From Candidatus Yanofskybacteria bacterium (GTDB lineage Bacteria > Patescibacteriota > Minisyncoccia > 2-02-FULL-40-12 > IGHO2-01-FULL-4-A), in NCBI GenBank assembly GCA_016185545.1, contig JACPNJ010000005.1:4549-68548 (forward strand): a stretch of DNA of 64,000 nt, written 5' to 3'. A model generated the notes under the pieces. That model searched no databases. It saw nothing but the letters and a program-made list of their open reading frames with translations, and had not been told where the DNA came from. Both the position numbers and the translations under genes were made by a program. Below, piece after piece: positions 29,632 through 38,494 of the stretch. Each line of letters opens with the position of its first letter. The first letter of the stretch is position 1.

Positions 29632-29980
29632 CAATTGAACGAAGTGAAATTGGGAGTGGGGAGCAACACGCCTGCGCGTGTTGCGTGGAGATGAGAACGC
29701 CGGAGCGATGTTTGACGAGCAATCGGTGAGTCAAACCGCGAGGAGGTGGCTAGACTAAATTAGCGGAAGCTAATTTAAGTCAAAGCCAAATCTCCCCCCG
29801 AGCACAATTGAACGAAGTGAAATTGGGAGTGGGGAGCAACACGCCTGCGCGTGTTGCGTGGAGATGAGAACGCCGGAGCGATGTTTGACGAGCAATCGGC
29901 GAGTCAAACCGCGAGGAGGTGGCTAGACTAAATTAGCGGAAGCTAATTTAAGTCAAAGCCAAATCTCCCCCCGAGCACAA
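29615..29980. repeat. Tandem 173-bp direct repeats (2 full copies plus a 20-bp partial) beginning inside the tRNA-Leu 3' end
   Basis: Units at 29615-29787 and 29788-29960 differ by 1 nt; the partial copy at 29961-29980 abuts the ATG of the downstream ORF. Confidence 0.85.
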
Positions 29981-29981
29981 A

Positions 29982-30482
29982 ATGAATAGTAAAAAAAAGC
30001 TTAATGTCAAAATTATTTGGAACGAATCATACCTAAAATCTATTAAAAATAGTGTTGGTTCCAACATATTTAGAAATTTTTACGCTAATGTCGATGGTAA
30101 AAAGATGGATATCAGAAAAGACGGTCAGCTATCCTGCTCTGCGTTTGTTTCTTCTATTCTTTATCTTCATAAATTAATCTATGATATCCATGCAACAGTT
30201 GAGGGTTTAGTTAAGGATATGGAATTGTTCGGATGGAAAAAGATCGACAAACCGAGACCTGGCGCAGTTCTTTTGTGGGAACCTAAACTGCCAAAAAATC
30301 ACAATGATAAAATGTACTTGCGTCACGATCACATTGGTTTTTATGTCGATAACGACAAGGCAATAAGCAATAGGTATGAAAAACGGCAACCAGTTTTGCA
30401 TCACTGGACATTCGGTGTTAGAAACGGCCGGCCGATGCGCAAGGTAGAACAAATATTTTGGAACACAAAATTAAATAAATGA
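29982..30482 (+). CDS. hypothetical protein (possible Cys/His hydrolase)
   Basis: DGQLSCSAFVSSIL and RHDHIGFYV suggest a papain-like Cys/His pair; no RBS; weak call. Confidence 0.35.
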   Translation: MNSKKKLNVKIIWNESYLKSIKNSVGSNIFRNFYANVDGKKMDIRKDGQLSCSAFVSSILYLHKLIYDIHATVEGLVKDMELFGWKKIDKPRPGAVLLWEPKLPKNHNDKMYLRHDHIGFYVDNDKAISNRYEKRQPVLHHWTFGVRNGRPMRKVEQIFWNTKLNK

Positions 30483-32374
30483 TAACTGAAGAAAATAAGG
30501 TGCAATTAACGTCAGCTAAAACTCCAGCTGACAAACAATCAAATACACAACGGCTGGAATCTCAACAAATGAGGCCCAGACGCAGCCGCGCGCCACGTTA
30601 TAAAGATCGGCGTGATTTGCCGCGTTCGCGGCGGCTTGCGCCCATTGAACGTCCCCAGCGTCAAGAAAGTACCGGTGCGTTAGATGAAACTATTAAAATT
30701 ATTCCTCTTGGAGGTCTCGGCGAGGTCGGACGCAATATGTGCGTCCTGGAATATAAAAACGACATTATGATAATTGACGTCGGCTTTGGTTTTCCGGAAG
30801 AAGATATGCCCGGTATTGATTACACTTTGCCCAATATCGCCTATCTGGATGGCAAGCAAGACAGGATACGGGGCATAGTCTTAACCCACGGACACATGGA
30901 CCATATTGGCGGAATTCCCTATCTGATTAATCGACTTGGAAATCCGACCATTTACGCCATGAATCTCACCCGCGGCTTAGCCATTAAGCGTCATCAGGAG
31001 TTTCCACATCTGCCGGAACTGGACATTAATCTCGTACACACTGGTGAAATAATTCATCTTGGTGCATTTGAAATTGAATTTTTCCATGTTAATCATAATA
31101 TTCCAGATGACACTGCACTCATTATTACTACGCCAGCCGGCCGGATCGTGCATACGGCTGACTTCAAATTTGATCCTGAACCGCTTAATGAGAAACCAGC
31201 AGATTTAAACTTCATCAAGAGCATCGGTGATCGCGGAGTATCATTACTGATGTCAGACTCTACTGGTGCTGAGAAAGACGGCAAATCAATATCGGAAAGC
31301 GTAATTCAGGAAAATTTGGAGAAAATTTTTGAAGAATCAAGCGGCGGTGGCATGATACTCGCGGCAACCTTTTCATCTATCATCAATCGCATCCAACAAT
31401 TAATAACCTTGTCAGAAAAATACGGCCGTAAAGTAGTATTTGACGGTTTCAGTCTCAAGAGCAACGTGGAAATCGCTAAGGAATTCAACCAGATAAGCAT
31501 TAAAAAAGAAACACAGATACCGATAACTGAAATAGATCGATACCCGCGTTCCAAAATTACTCTTATAGGCACCGGCGCTCAAGGTGAGGACAGGGCAGTT
31601 TTGATGCGCATTGCTTCCGGCGAACATCGCCACGTCCGGCTTCAAAAAAAAGATGCGATTATTTTCTCGTCCTCGGTAATTCCCGGAAATGAGCGAACAG
31701 TTCAACGGCTTAAAGATCTGCTTTATCGTATGGGGGCGAGAGTTTATGATTATAACATGATGGACATCCATGCCAGCGGTCACGCCTATAGAGACGACCT
31801 CAAACAAATGATGCGGCTGATACGGCCAAAGGCGCTAATGCCCATACATGGCCAATATTCCATGATGGTCAACCATGGCTATCTTGGTGGGCAAGAGGGC
31901 ATAAAAGAAGAGAATATTATAATCGCCGATAATGGTTCTATAATTCACATATCGGACCCAAAATTTACCGACCAGAAAGCTCCGATTAATTGGTGGTTTG
32001 ATAAAAAAACTGTCCCTTCGGACAGTGTTATGGTAGATGGCCTCGGCATCGGAGATATCGGCAATGTGGTTTTGCGTGATAGGCAGGTATTGGCCGAGGA
32101 TGGTATGTTTGTGATCGTGGCTCTGATTGATTCCAAAACCGGCCGCGTGCGCGGCAGTCCCGATATCATTTCACGCGGTTTTGTATATCTCAAAGAAAAC
32201 AAAGAATTGCTGATGCAAGTCCGCAAAAAGGTTAGGTTTGTCATAGAGCGCAAAACCACGCGCCCCATAAACTGGGTGGATTTGAAGGATTTGCTACGCG
32301 ACGAAATCGGGTTGTTTCTGTTCCAAAAAACAGAACGCAGACCCATGGTTTTGCCTGTAGTAATTGAAATTTAA
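30479..32374 (+). CDS. rnj: ribonuclease J (metallo-beta-lactamase/beta-CASP)
   Basis: HGHMDHIGG motif and beta-CASP region; basic N-terminal extension. Confidence 0.9.
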   Translation: MITEENKVQLTSAKTPADKQSNTQRLESQQMRPRRSRAPRYKDRRDLPRSRRLAPIERPQRQESTGALDETIKIIPLGGLGEVGRNMCVLEYKNDIMIIDVGFGFPEEDMPGIDYTLPNIAYLDGKQDRIRGIVLTHGHMDHIGGIPYLINRLGNPTIYAMNLTRGLAIKRHQEFPHLPELDINLVHTGEIIHLGAFEIEFFHVNHNIPDDTALIITTPAGRIVHTADFKFDPEPLNEKPADLNFIKSIGDRGVSLLMSDSTGAEKDGKSISESVIQENLEKIFEESSGGGMILAATFSSIINRIQQLITLSEKYGRKVVFDGFSLKSNVEIAKEFNQISIKKETQIPITEIDRYPRSKITLIGTGAQGEDRAVLMRIASGEHRHVRLQKKDAIIFSSSVIPGNERTVQRLKDLLYRMGARVYDYNMMDIHASGHAYRDDLKQMMRLIRPKALMPIHGQYSMMVNHGYLGGQEGIKEENIIIADNGSIIHISDPKFTDQKAPINWWFDKKTVPSDSVMVDGLGIGDIGNVVLRDRQVLAEDGMFVIVALIDSKTGRVRGSPDIISRGFVYLKENKELLMQVRKKVRFVIERKTTRPINWVDLKDLLRDEIGLFLFQKTERRPMVLPVVIEI

Positions 32375-32379
32375 TCAAC

Positions 32380-32703
32380 ATGATTGCTATTGAAGATTTT
32401 AAAAAACTTAACATCGTGATTGGAACTGTTGAAAGCGTTGAGGATATTGATGGCAGTGAGAAATTATATAAACTGACAGTTAATATCGGCGCAGAAACGC
32501 GGCAAATTATTGCCGGCTTAAAACCGTCATATTCCTCCGTTGAACTTGTCGGCAAACAGGTTTTAATTTTGGAAAACCTTGAACCACGCGATTTGATAGG
32601 TCTTGAATCACAAGGAATGGTATTGGCGGCTTCGGATGAAACCGGTAAACCCATTATAATCAGACCAGAAAAACCAGTAGCCAACGGTTCAGTAATCAAG
32701 TAA
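32380..32703 (+). CDS. tRNA-binding domain protein (CsaA/Trbp111-like)
   Basis: OB-fold pattern GTVESVEDIDGSEKLYKLTVNIG. Confidence 0.75.
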   Translation: MIAIEDFKKLNIVIGTVESVEDIDGSEKLYKLTVNIGAETRQIIAGLKPSYSSVELVGKQVLILENLEPRDLIGLESQGMVLAASDETGKPIIIRPEKPVANGSVIK

Positions 32704-32726
32704 AATGATAATTGGATAATAAAACT

Positions 32727-32895
32727 TTACGCGTTTGGCCCAAGTTCGAGGCAGATATGAGGAGCGAACCGAAGCGTACTAGAAGTACGTTGAGGGAGCA
32801 CCGGAATATCTAACGAGGAAATTGGGCAAACCCGAAGGGCTTTGAGCCACGTTGAGCCCACAAGGTTTGGGACTCCGTGGCGAAAAGCGTGTAAG
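32727..32895 (+). promoter_or_regulatory. structured leader motif, copy 1 (5' leader of trpS)
   Basis: About 165 nt conserved with an inverted copy at 53740-53905, including a compensatory stem (cgtac-tagaa-gtacg versus cgtag-taaaa-ctacg). Confidence 0.45.
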
Positions 32896-32901
32896 TTATT
32901 T

Positions 32902-33927
32902 ATGGCTGACAGAATTTTTTCAGGAATACGCCCGTCAGGCAAGTTGCATCTGGGTAACTATCTGGGAGCAATAAAAAACTGGATAGAATTACAAAATTCG
33001 CCGGATACTGAACGGGCAATTTTTGCTGTAGTTGATTATCACGGCATTACCACGCCGTTTGACCCCGAAACCTATCGCCAACAAACCCTGGATACAGTTT
33101 TAGATTTTCTTGCCATAGGAATTGACCCCAAAAAATCACTTCTAATTCGCCAGTCCCATATTCCAGAGCATACCGAACTTGCCTGGATTTTTAATACAAT
33201 CACGCCGGTCAGCTGGTTAGAGCGGCTACCGACTTACAAAGAAAAACTGGAAGAAAGCGGCAAAAAATATAATCATGTTGGTCTGCTTGATTATCCTGTT
33301 CTTATGGCAGCTGATATTTTGATTTATAAATCAAATCTTGTGCCAATTGGCGATGATCAAAAAGCCCACATAGACATAACCAATGAAATCGCCAAGAAAT
33401 TTAATCACATGTTCGGCGAAACCTTTGAACCGGTCAAAGCATACAAGGCCGAGGGCGAGCGTATTAAGTCACTTCAGGACTCGGCTAAAAAAATGTCCAA
33501 ATCGGGTGACGAAGGTATTGCTCTCATTGATTTTCCTGATGTAATCCGTGAAAAAATAAAAAAAGCCGTAACTGATTCTGGCCATGAAGTTATATTTGAT
33601 CCCGATAAAAAACCGGCTATTTCTAACTTAATTACAATCTATCATTTGCTAATTAAAGAGGTTCAACCTCGAGAACCCAAAGAGGTTGAACCTCTAAAAT
33701 TTGGCATCAGAGAAATTGAGAAAAAATACAGCGGCAAAACTTATATTGAATTCAAAAATGACCTCGCGGAAATTATAGTGAATTTTCTCAAGCCATTTCA
33801 GGAAAAACGCAAAGAGTTAGAACAAGATATGACTTATGTTGAGGATGTCTTGACAGAAAGTGAAGAAAAAGCTAAACTTATTGCAAGTAGTACTTTGACA
33901 GAAATCAAACAAAAAATGGGGTTATAA
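32902..33927 (+). CDS. trpS: tryptophan--tRNA ligase
   Basis: MADRIFSGIRPSGKLHLGNYLGAI (HIGH-like), KMSKS. The six-frame ORF starts at 32842, but the conserved N-terminus starts at the 32902 ATG. Confidence 0.9.
   Translation: MADRIFSGIRPSGKLHLGNYLGAIKNWIELQNSPDTERAIFAVVDYHGITTPFDPETYRQQTLDTVLDFLAIGIDPKKSLLIRQSHIPEHTELAWIFNTITPVSWLERLPTYKEKLEESGKKYNHVGLLDYPVLMAADILIYKSNLVPIGDDQKAHIDITNEIAKKFNHMFGETFEPVKAYKAEGERIKSLQDSAKKMSKSGDEGIALIDFPDVIREKIKKAVTDSGHEVIFDPDKKPAISNLITIYHLLIKEVQPREPKEVEPLKFGIREIEKKYSGKTYIEFKNDLAEIIVNFLKPFQEKRKELEQDMTYVEDVLTESEEKAKLIASSTLTEIKQKMGL
33657..33695. repeat. In-frame palindromic element agaggttcaacctcgagaacccaaagaggttgaacctct inside trpS
   Basis: Perfect 13-bp arms around a 9-nt centre; encodes KEVQPREPKEVEP; same family as the murC and NTase copies. 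Confidence 0.8.
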
Positions 33928-34054
33928 GGAAAGCGATGAAAATGCTATTACTAATCCTGCTGGTCTGGGTCATTGTGTCAATTCCGGTTGGTTTAATCAG
34001 CGGAAAATTACTTTCCAGAAACAAGAAATACTACCCGCCGGTAAAAAAATAAAC

Positions 34055-35368
34055 TCACAGCGATCCTTTTATTTCCGAAAGCTTCTCTTCGAGAAGCTTT
34101 TTTGTTTTTGCTTCCACCACTAACCGCAAAACTGGTTCGGTATTTGACGGCCTGAAATTGAACCACCAATCGGGATATTCCACCATTATCCCATCCAGTT
34201 CATCAATTTTCCCGTCTTTATATTTTTCCTTAAGTTTTACGAAAACTTGTTCCTTGTTCCATGTTTCATGTTTTGCGATATTAATTTCTCCGGAATTAAA
34301 CCAAGTTCTAAATTGTTCGGTTAATTCCCGAATATTCTTCCCGCTCTTATTTATTATTTTTAACAGCCGCAACATAACTAGAAATGGCATTTCATTGTAG
34401 TTGGTCTCTTTGAAATAAATATGACCCGATAATTCACCACCGATATCAGCATCGTATTTTACTATATTTTCCCGTATAAAAGTCCTGCCATTTTTGGAAT
34501 GAATCGCCTTAATTCCCCACTCTTTAAATTTTTCCAGCACTCCCCTTGAAAATCTCCAATCGTATATTACTTTGGGTTTTGTCCAAAATTTAATACCGCT
34601 TTGTACCAATAAACCGATAACGTATTCGGAATGTATCGGTTTCGCCGCGGAATCAAAAATATAAATTCTGTCGGCGTCTTCGTCAAAGCCAAAAGATAAA
34701 TCGTATTGCTCGTTTATGCTTATAATGCCGGTTTTTTTAACCAATGACTCAAGCTCGTCGGCGATAGTGGCTTGCGGTTCTATCTTTACTCTTACGGCAT
34801 TTGAATCGCGAACATTCCAGGATGATTTTTTAATTATAAAATCAGTATAGGAGTCAATGAGTTTTTGCCGGTCTTGTTTAATTAACTTACCGCCGTACCT
34901 GGATACTTCAAAGTTTTTATTTTCAGTTAAAATAACTTTAATTTTTTCCAAACCGGAATTCAGCCCCACAATAACACCACCCTCGCCGAAAACTTTGAAT
35001 CCTCCGTACTGCGGGCCGAGATGTGAAGCCGTCAGCATAACTCCGCCATTAACGCCAAGTTTTTTAAGGGCAAAATTAAAAAGCGGGGTTGAGGCCAATC
35101 CTATAAATTCAACATCCGCGCCAACGCTTGTAATGCCCTTGACCAGCGCTTGGGCCAGTTTTTCTGAAAATTGGCGGCTGCCATAGCCTATAAGAAATAT
35201 CCGTTTGTTGATGTATTTGACCAGCGCTTGGCCGAGTTTGAATGCAAAATCCTCATCAAAATCACGGCCGTAAATGCCGCGGATATCATAGGCTCTAAAG
35301 ATTTCCGGATTAAAGTTCACTGCGCAGAAATTGTTGAATAATCTAGCATATGCTAGATTATTCAACAA
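34055..35368 (-). CDS. phosphoglucomutase/phosphomannomutase family protein
   Basis: GFDEDADR Mg-binding, GGELSGHIYF sugar-binding and RPSNTEP phosphate-binding motifs. The start is uncertain: the six-frame TTG start lies in a palindrome, and GTG at 35320 is an alternative. Confidence 0.8.
   Translation of the reverse strand: MLNNLAYARLFNNFCAVNFNPEIFRAYDIRGIYGRDFDEDFAFKLGQALVKYINKRIFLIGYGSRQFSEKLAQALVKGITSVGADVEFIGLASTPLFNFALKKLGVNGGVMLTASHLGPQYGGFKVFGEGGVIVGLNSGLEKIKVILTENKNFEVSRYGGKLIKQDRQKLIDSYTDFIIKKSSWNVRDSNAVRVKIEPQATIADELESLVKKTGIISINEQYDLSFGFDEDADRIYIFDSAAKPIHSEYVIGLLVQSGIKFWTKPKVIYDWRFSRGVLEKFKEWGIKAIHSKNGRTFIRENIVKYDADIGGELSGHIYFKETNYNEMPFLVMLRLLKIINKSGKNIRELTEQFRTWFNSGEINIAKHETWNKEQVFVKLKEKYKDGKIDELDGIMVEYPDWWFNFRPSNTEPVLRLVVEAKTKKLLEEKLSEIKGSL
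35331..35368. promoter_or_regulatory. 38-bp perfect palindrome between the divergent pmm-like and murC genes
   Basis: ttgttgaataatctagcat|atgctagattattcaacaa; overlaps the annotated TTG-start N-terminus of the pmm ORF. Confidence 0.45.
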
Positions 35369-35406
35369 TTTGTTAAATTAGGCTAAATTGTTATATTGGT
35401 AACATT

Positions 35407-36795
35407 ATGATGAAAATACTGGAAAGACTCAGACATATTCATATGATCGGCATTAAGGGCACGGGAATGTCTGCCCTGGCTGTTAATTTTAAGCATATGA
35501 ATATCGAGGTTACCGGTTCTGATTTTGATGAAAAATTTTTTACGGACACTTTGCTTAAAAAGCAGGACATTAAAATCAAAACGCCATTTGCTGCGGCTAA
35601 CATACCAAAAAATACCCAACTGGTCATCACCTCTACCGCTTATGATAACAAAAATCAGGAAATCCAAGAAGTCAGACGCCGTAACTTGCCGCTTTTGACT
35701 TACCCGCAAGCATTGGGCCTTTTAACGCGCGAATTGTCGTCAGTTGCAATCTGCGGCAGCCATGGCAAAACCACTACATCAGGCGCTCTGGGATTCCTGC
35801 TTAGCAAAACTGTTTATAATCCGATTATAAATGTCGGCTCCATTGTGCCGCAATTGCTAAAATATAAAGCGCAAAAAACCAAATTATTGGTTTTTGAAGC
35901 TGATGAATATCAGAATAAGTTTGAGTATTTTTACCCTAAAATTGTCATACTAACCAACATTGATTACGATCACCCTGATTACTTTAAAACCTCGGCGCAT
36001 TATAAATTGACGTTTAAAAATTTTATCAAAAGAATTCCCCAAGACGGGTTATTGATTTATTGCGCCGATGATAAAAACTGCAGAGATGTCGCCCAATCGG
36101 CTCAATGTAAAAAAATAAACTACGGATTCTCTAAATATGCGGATTGTCAAATAAATATTAACCGGATAACTCCGGCTAAAATGACTTTTTCAACCCACTT
36201 AGAAGTTGAACTTCTCAAACTGAGAAGTTCAACTTCTAAGTGGCAATCTAAGCTTATCGGTAATCATAACGCCCTCAATCTTACTGCGGCGGCGCTTTGC
36301 GCCGCCGCTCTAGATGTGCCAACCAAACAAATAAAAAAAGCTATTACGAACTTCGTTGGCACCAAGCGGCGTCTGGAAATAACCCGCCGTCTACGCATCA
36401 ATGGACACCATTGCTTAGTTATTGACGATTTTGGTCATCACCCGACGGAAATTAAAGCCACAATCGCCACGCTTAAAACCGCTCATCCCGATAAAACACT
36501 TTGGACCGTTTTCCAACCGCATACTTTCAGCCGTACCGAAGCTTTATTCAATGATTTCTCCAAATGTTTCGACAAGTCGGATAAAACCATAGTCCTGGAC
36601 ATCTATGCCTCAAAGAGAGAAACTAAAGGAAAAATACATTCAAAAGACTTAGTTAAAAAAATAGGCTCGTCTGGCGTTTTTTACAAACCAAGCATTGAAT
36701 TAGCCGCCAAATTTCTTAAAACTAAAATAAAAACCCCGAGCATTATCTTAACGCTCGGAGCTAGCGAAGTCTGGCGTCTAGCTAAACTTTTATAA
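35407..36795 (+). CDS. murC: UDP-N-acetylmuramate--L-alanine ligase
   Basis: GIKGTGMSALA, ICGSHGKTTT, DEYQNKF. Confidence 0.9.
   Translation: MMKILERLRHIHMIGIKGTGMSALAVNFKHMNIEVTGSDFDEKFFTDTLLKKQDIKIKTPFAAANIPKNTQLVITSTAYDNKNQEIQEVRRRNLPLLTYPQALGLLTRELSSVAICGSHGKTTTSGALGFLLSKTVYNPIINVGSIVPQLLKYKAQKTKLLVFEADEYQNKFEYFYPKIVILTNIDYDHPDYFKTSAHYKLTFKNFIKRIPQDGLLIYCADDKNCRDVAQSAQCKKINYGFSKYADCQININRITPAKMTFSTHLEVELLKLRSSTSKWQSKLIGNHNALNLTAAALCAAALDVPTKQIKKAITNFVGTKRRLEITRRLRINGHHCLVIDDFGHHPTEIKATIATLKTAHPDKTLWTVFQPHTFSRTEALFNDFSKCFDKSDKTIVLDIYASKRETKGKIHSKDLVKKIGSSGVFYKPSIELAAKFLKTKIKTPSIILTLGASEVWRLAKLL
36201..36237. repeat. In-frame palindromic element agaagttgaacttctcaaactgagaagttcaacttct inside murC
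   Basis: Perfect 16-bp arms; encodes LEVELLKLRSSTSK. Confidence 0.85.
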
Positions 36796-36796
36796 T

Positions 36797-37888
36797 ATGC
36801 TAAGTATCGGCATCGTCGGGTTGCCGAATGTGGGCAAATCCACGCTCTTCAAGGCCCTGACGAAAAAACAAGTTGATATTCAGAATTATCCCTTTACAAC
36901 CATAGACCCGAATGTGGGCGTGGTTGGCGTACCTGATAAACGGCTTGAATTGTTAGCCAGAATGTCTCATTCGGCTAAGATTGTACCGACTGCTATTGAG
37001 TTTATTGATATTGCCGGACTTGTTAAGGGCGCGGCTCAAGGCGAGGGGTTGGGAAACAAATTTCTTGCCAATATTCGCGAAGTTGATGCTATTGCCGAAA
37101 TAGTCAGAGTTTTTGAAGATGAAAAAATTACTCACGTTCACAAACGTATTGATCCGGCCAATGATATTGAGGTTATAAACACCGAGTTGATTCTGGCTGA
37201 TTTGGAAACAGTCAATAAACGGCTTGAAAAAACTAAGGGGAATGACGAAAAAACAAAAATTGAACTGAATGCGCTGAACAAATTAAAACTAGGCCTGCAA
37301 TCAGGCATTTTGGCAGTTGATATAAATCTTGATAAAAAAGAACTGCCGCTGGTAAAAGAATTAAATCTTCTGACCAACAAAAAATTTATTTATGTGCCGA
37401 ATATTTCAGAAAAACAGTTGAAAAATGATTGGCAGTTTAATGTCGAGCTTAAAAAAACAATCGGCAGCAATGAATTTACTGTTTTATCCAGTACTTTTGA
37501 ACTCTTGCTCTCGGAATCAACGCCAGAAGAACAAAAAAATTACCTTGACGACATGGGCCTGAAAGAAAGCGGCTTGGATAATTTAATTAAAAAAGCTTAT
37601 TCTGCTTTGGATCTGATAACTTTCCTGACCACCGGTGAGGACGAGACGCGCGCCTGGACGGCGCGCGCCGGTTCCCCCATTCCGCAAGCCGCCCGCGCTA
37701 TCCATACCGATTTTGAACAAAAATTCATCCGTGCCGAGGTTATCAATTGGCAAGAGTTGCTTGCGGCCGGCTCCCGTTCGACTGACTCAGGGCAGGCCTG
37801 GGGCAACGCGCGCCAGACCGGCAAAATTCATACCGTCGGCAAGGATTACATTATCCAGGATGGCGATGTTATAGAAATTAAGATATGA
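36797..37888 (+). CDS. ychF: ribosome-binding ATPase YchF (Obg-family GTPase)
   Basis: GIVGLPNVGKSTLF, TGS-like C-terminus; a locally GC-rich segment at about 37620-37830. Confidence 0.9.
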   Translation: MLSIGIVGLPNVGKSTLFKALTKKQVDIQNYPFTTIDPNVGVVGVPDKRLELLARMSHSAKIVPTAIEFIDIAGLVKGAAQGEGLGNKFLANIREVDAIAEIVRVFEDEKITHVHKRIDPANDIEVINTELILADLETVNKRLEKTKGNDEKTKIELNALNKLKLGLQSGILAVDINLDKKELPLVKELNLLTNKKFIYVPNISEKQLKNDWQFNVELKKTIGSNEFTVLSSTFELLLSESTPEEQKNYLDDMGLKESGLDNLIKKAYSALDLITFLTTGEDETRAWTARAGSPIPQAARAIHTDFEQKFIRAEVINWQELLAAGSRSTDSGQAWGNARQTGKIHTVGKDYIIQDGDVIEIKI

Positions 37889-37906
37889 TACAAATCAATA
37901 AGAACT

Positions 37907-38494
37907 TTGAAAATATCCGGGGCTATTATGAACTTTGATAACTTATCTAGTGAGGAATTAAAAAAATTACTCACCATGGGTCGAACATCCGGTAAAAGAA
38001 TGGCTTTTGAATTTTGGCTCAAGCACATAGAACTAATCGCTCCCAGGGAAACTGGCATAGGCAAAGACCAGCAGCATTACACGGCAAGATTCTTAACACG
38101 GTTTTCTCTGGTTTCAACCACACATTCAATGTTCCACTTTCCTACTTTCATGAGTTTGGCGCAAATTTATGACGAATTCGTGCAGGATATTGAAAACCAG
38201 TATTCACCGGAACCCATGGAAATAGCCGGTTACCAAACTTTACTGCTTGGCGGGTTTTATCTGAAAGCCGCAAGTAAACATTACAACATGGAAGACATAC
38301 GAAAAATGGGCGAATTATTTTTCACCCGCGGAGCAATCGGCAAAAGAAAATCCGTAATCAAAAAAATGGCTCATAATTTTAGCCGATGGCAAAATACGCT
38401 TTGTTATCTTGAATGGTATTTAAGAAATGAAAGATTAGTCATTCAAAAAGCAGAAAAACCCGACGAGCCCCTCATCAAAATCATCCCCCGCTAG
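37907..38494 (+). CDS. hypothetical protein adjacent to the DGR
   Basis: ORF only; its stop overlaps the RT stop by 4 bp (convergent). Confidence 0.35.
   Translation: MKISGAIMNFDNLSSEELKKLLTMGRTSGKRMAFEFWLKHIELIAPRETGIGKDQQHYTARFLTRFSLVSTTHSMFHFPTFMSLAQIYDEFVQDIENQYSPEPMEIAGYQTLLLGGFYLKAASKHYNMEDIRKMGELFFTRGAIGKRKSVIKKMAHNFSRWQNTLCYLEWYLRNERLVIQKAEKPDEPLIKIIPR

Noticed and set aside
29615-29980. The tandem repeats near tRNA-Leu as a CRISPR array
   Set aside because: The repeat unit is 173 bp with no unique spacers between units. This is not CRISPR architecture, and no cas genes are nearby.
32727-32895. A T-box riboswitch upstream of trpS
   Set aside because: The T-box consensus (AAUUAGGGUGGUACCGCG) and a recognisable specifier-loop context are lacking. 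The same element also precedes a non-aaRS gene.
32727-32942. The conserved antisense small ORFs (71 aa at 32727-32942 and 60 aa at 53730-53912) sharing RVCPISSL..PVLPQR
   Set aside because: The apparent peptide similarity follows from nucleotide conservation of the leader element. The differences are mostly non-synonymous, and the compensatory stem changes favour an RNA element.
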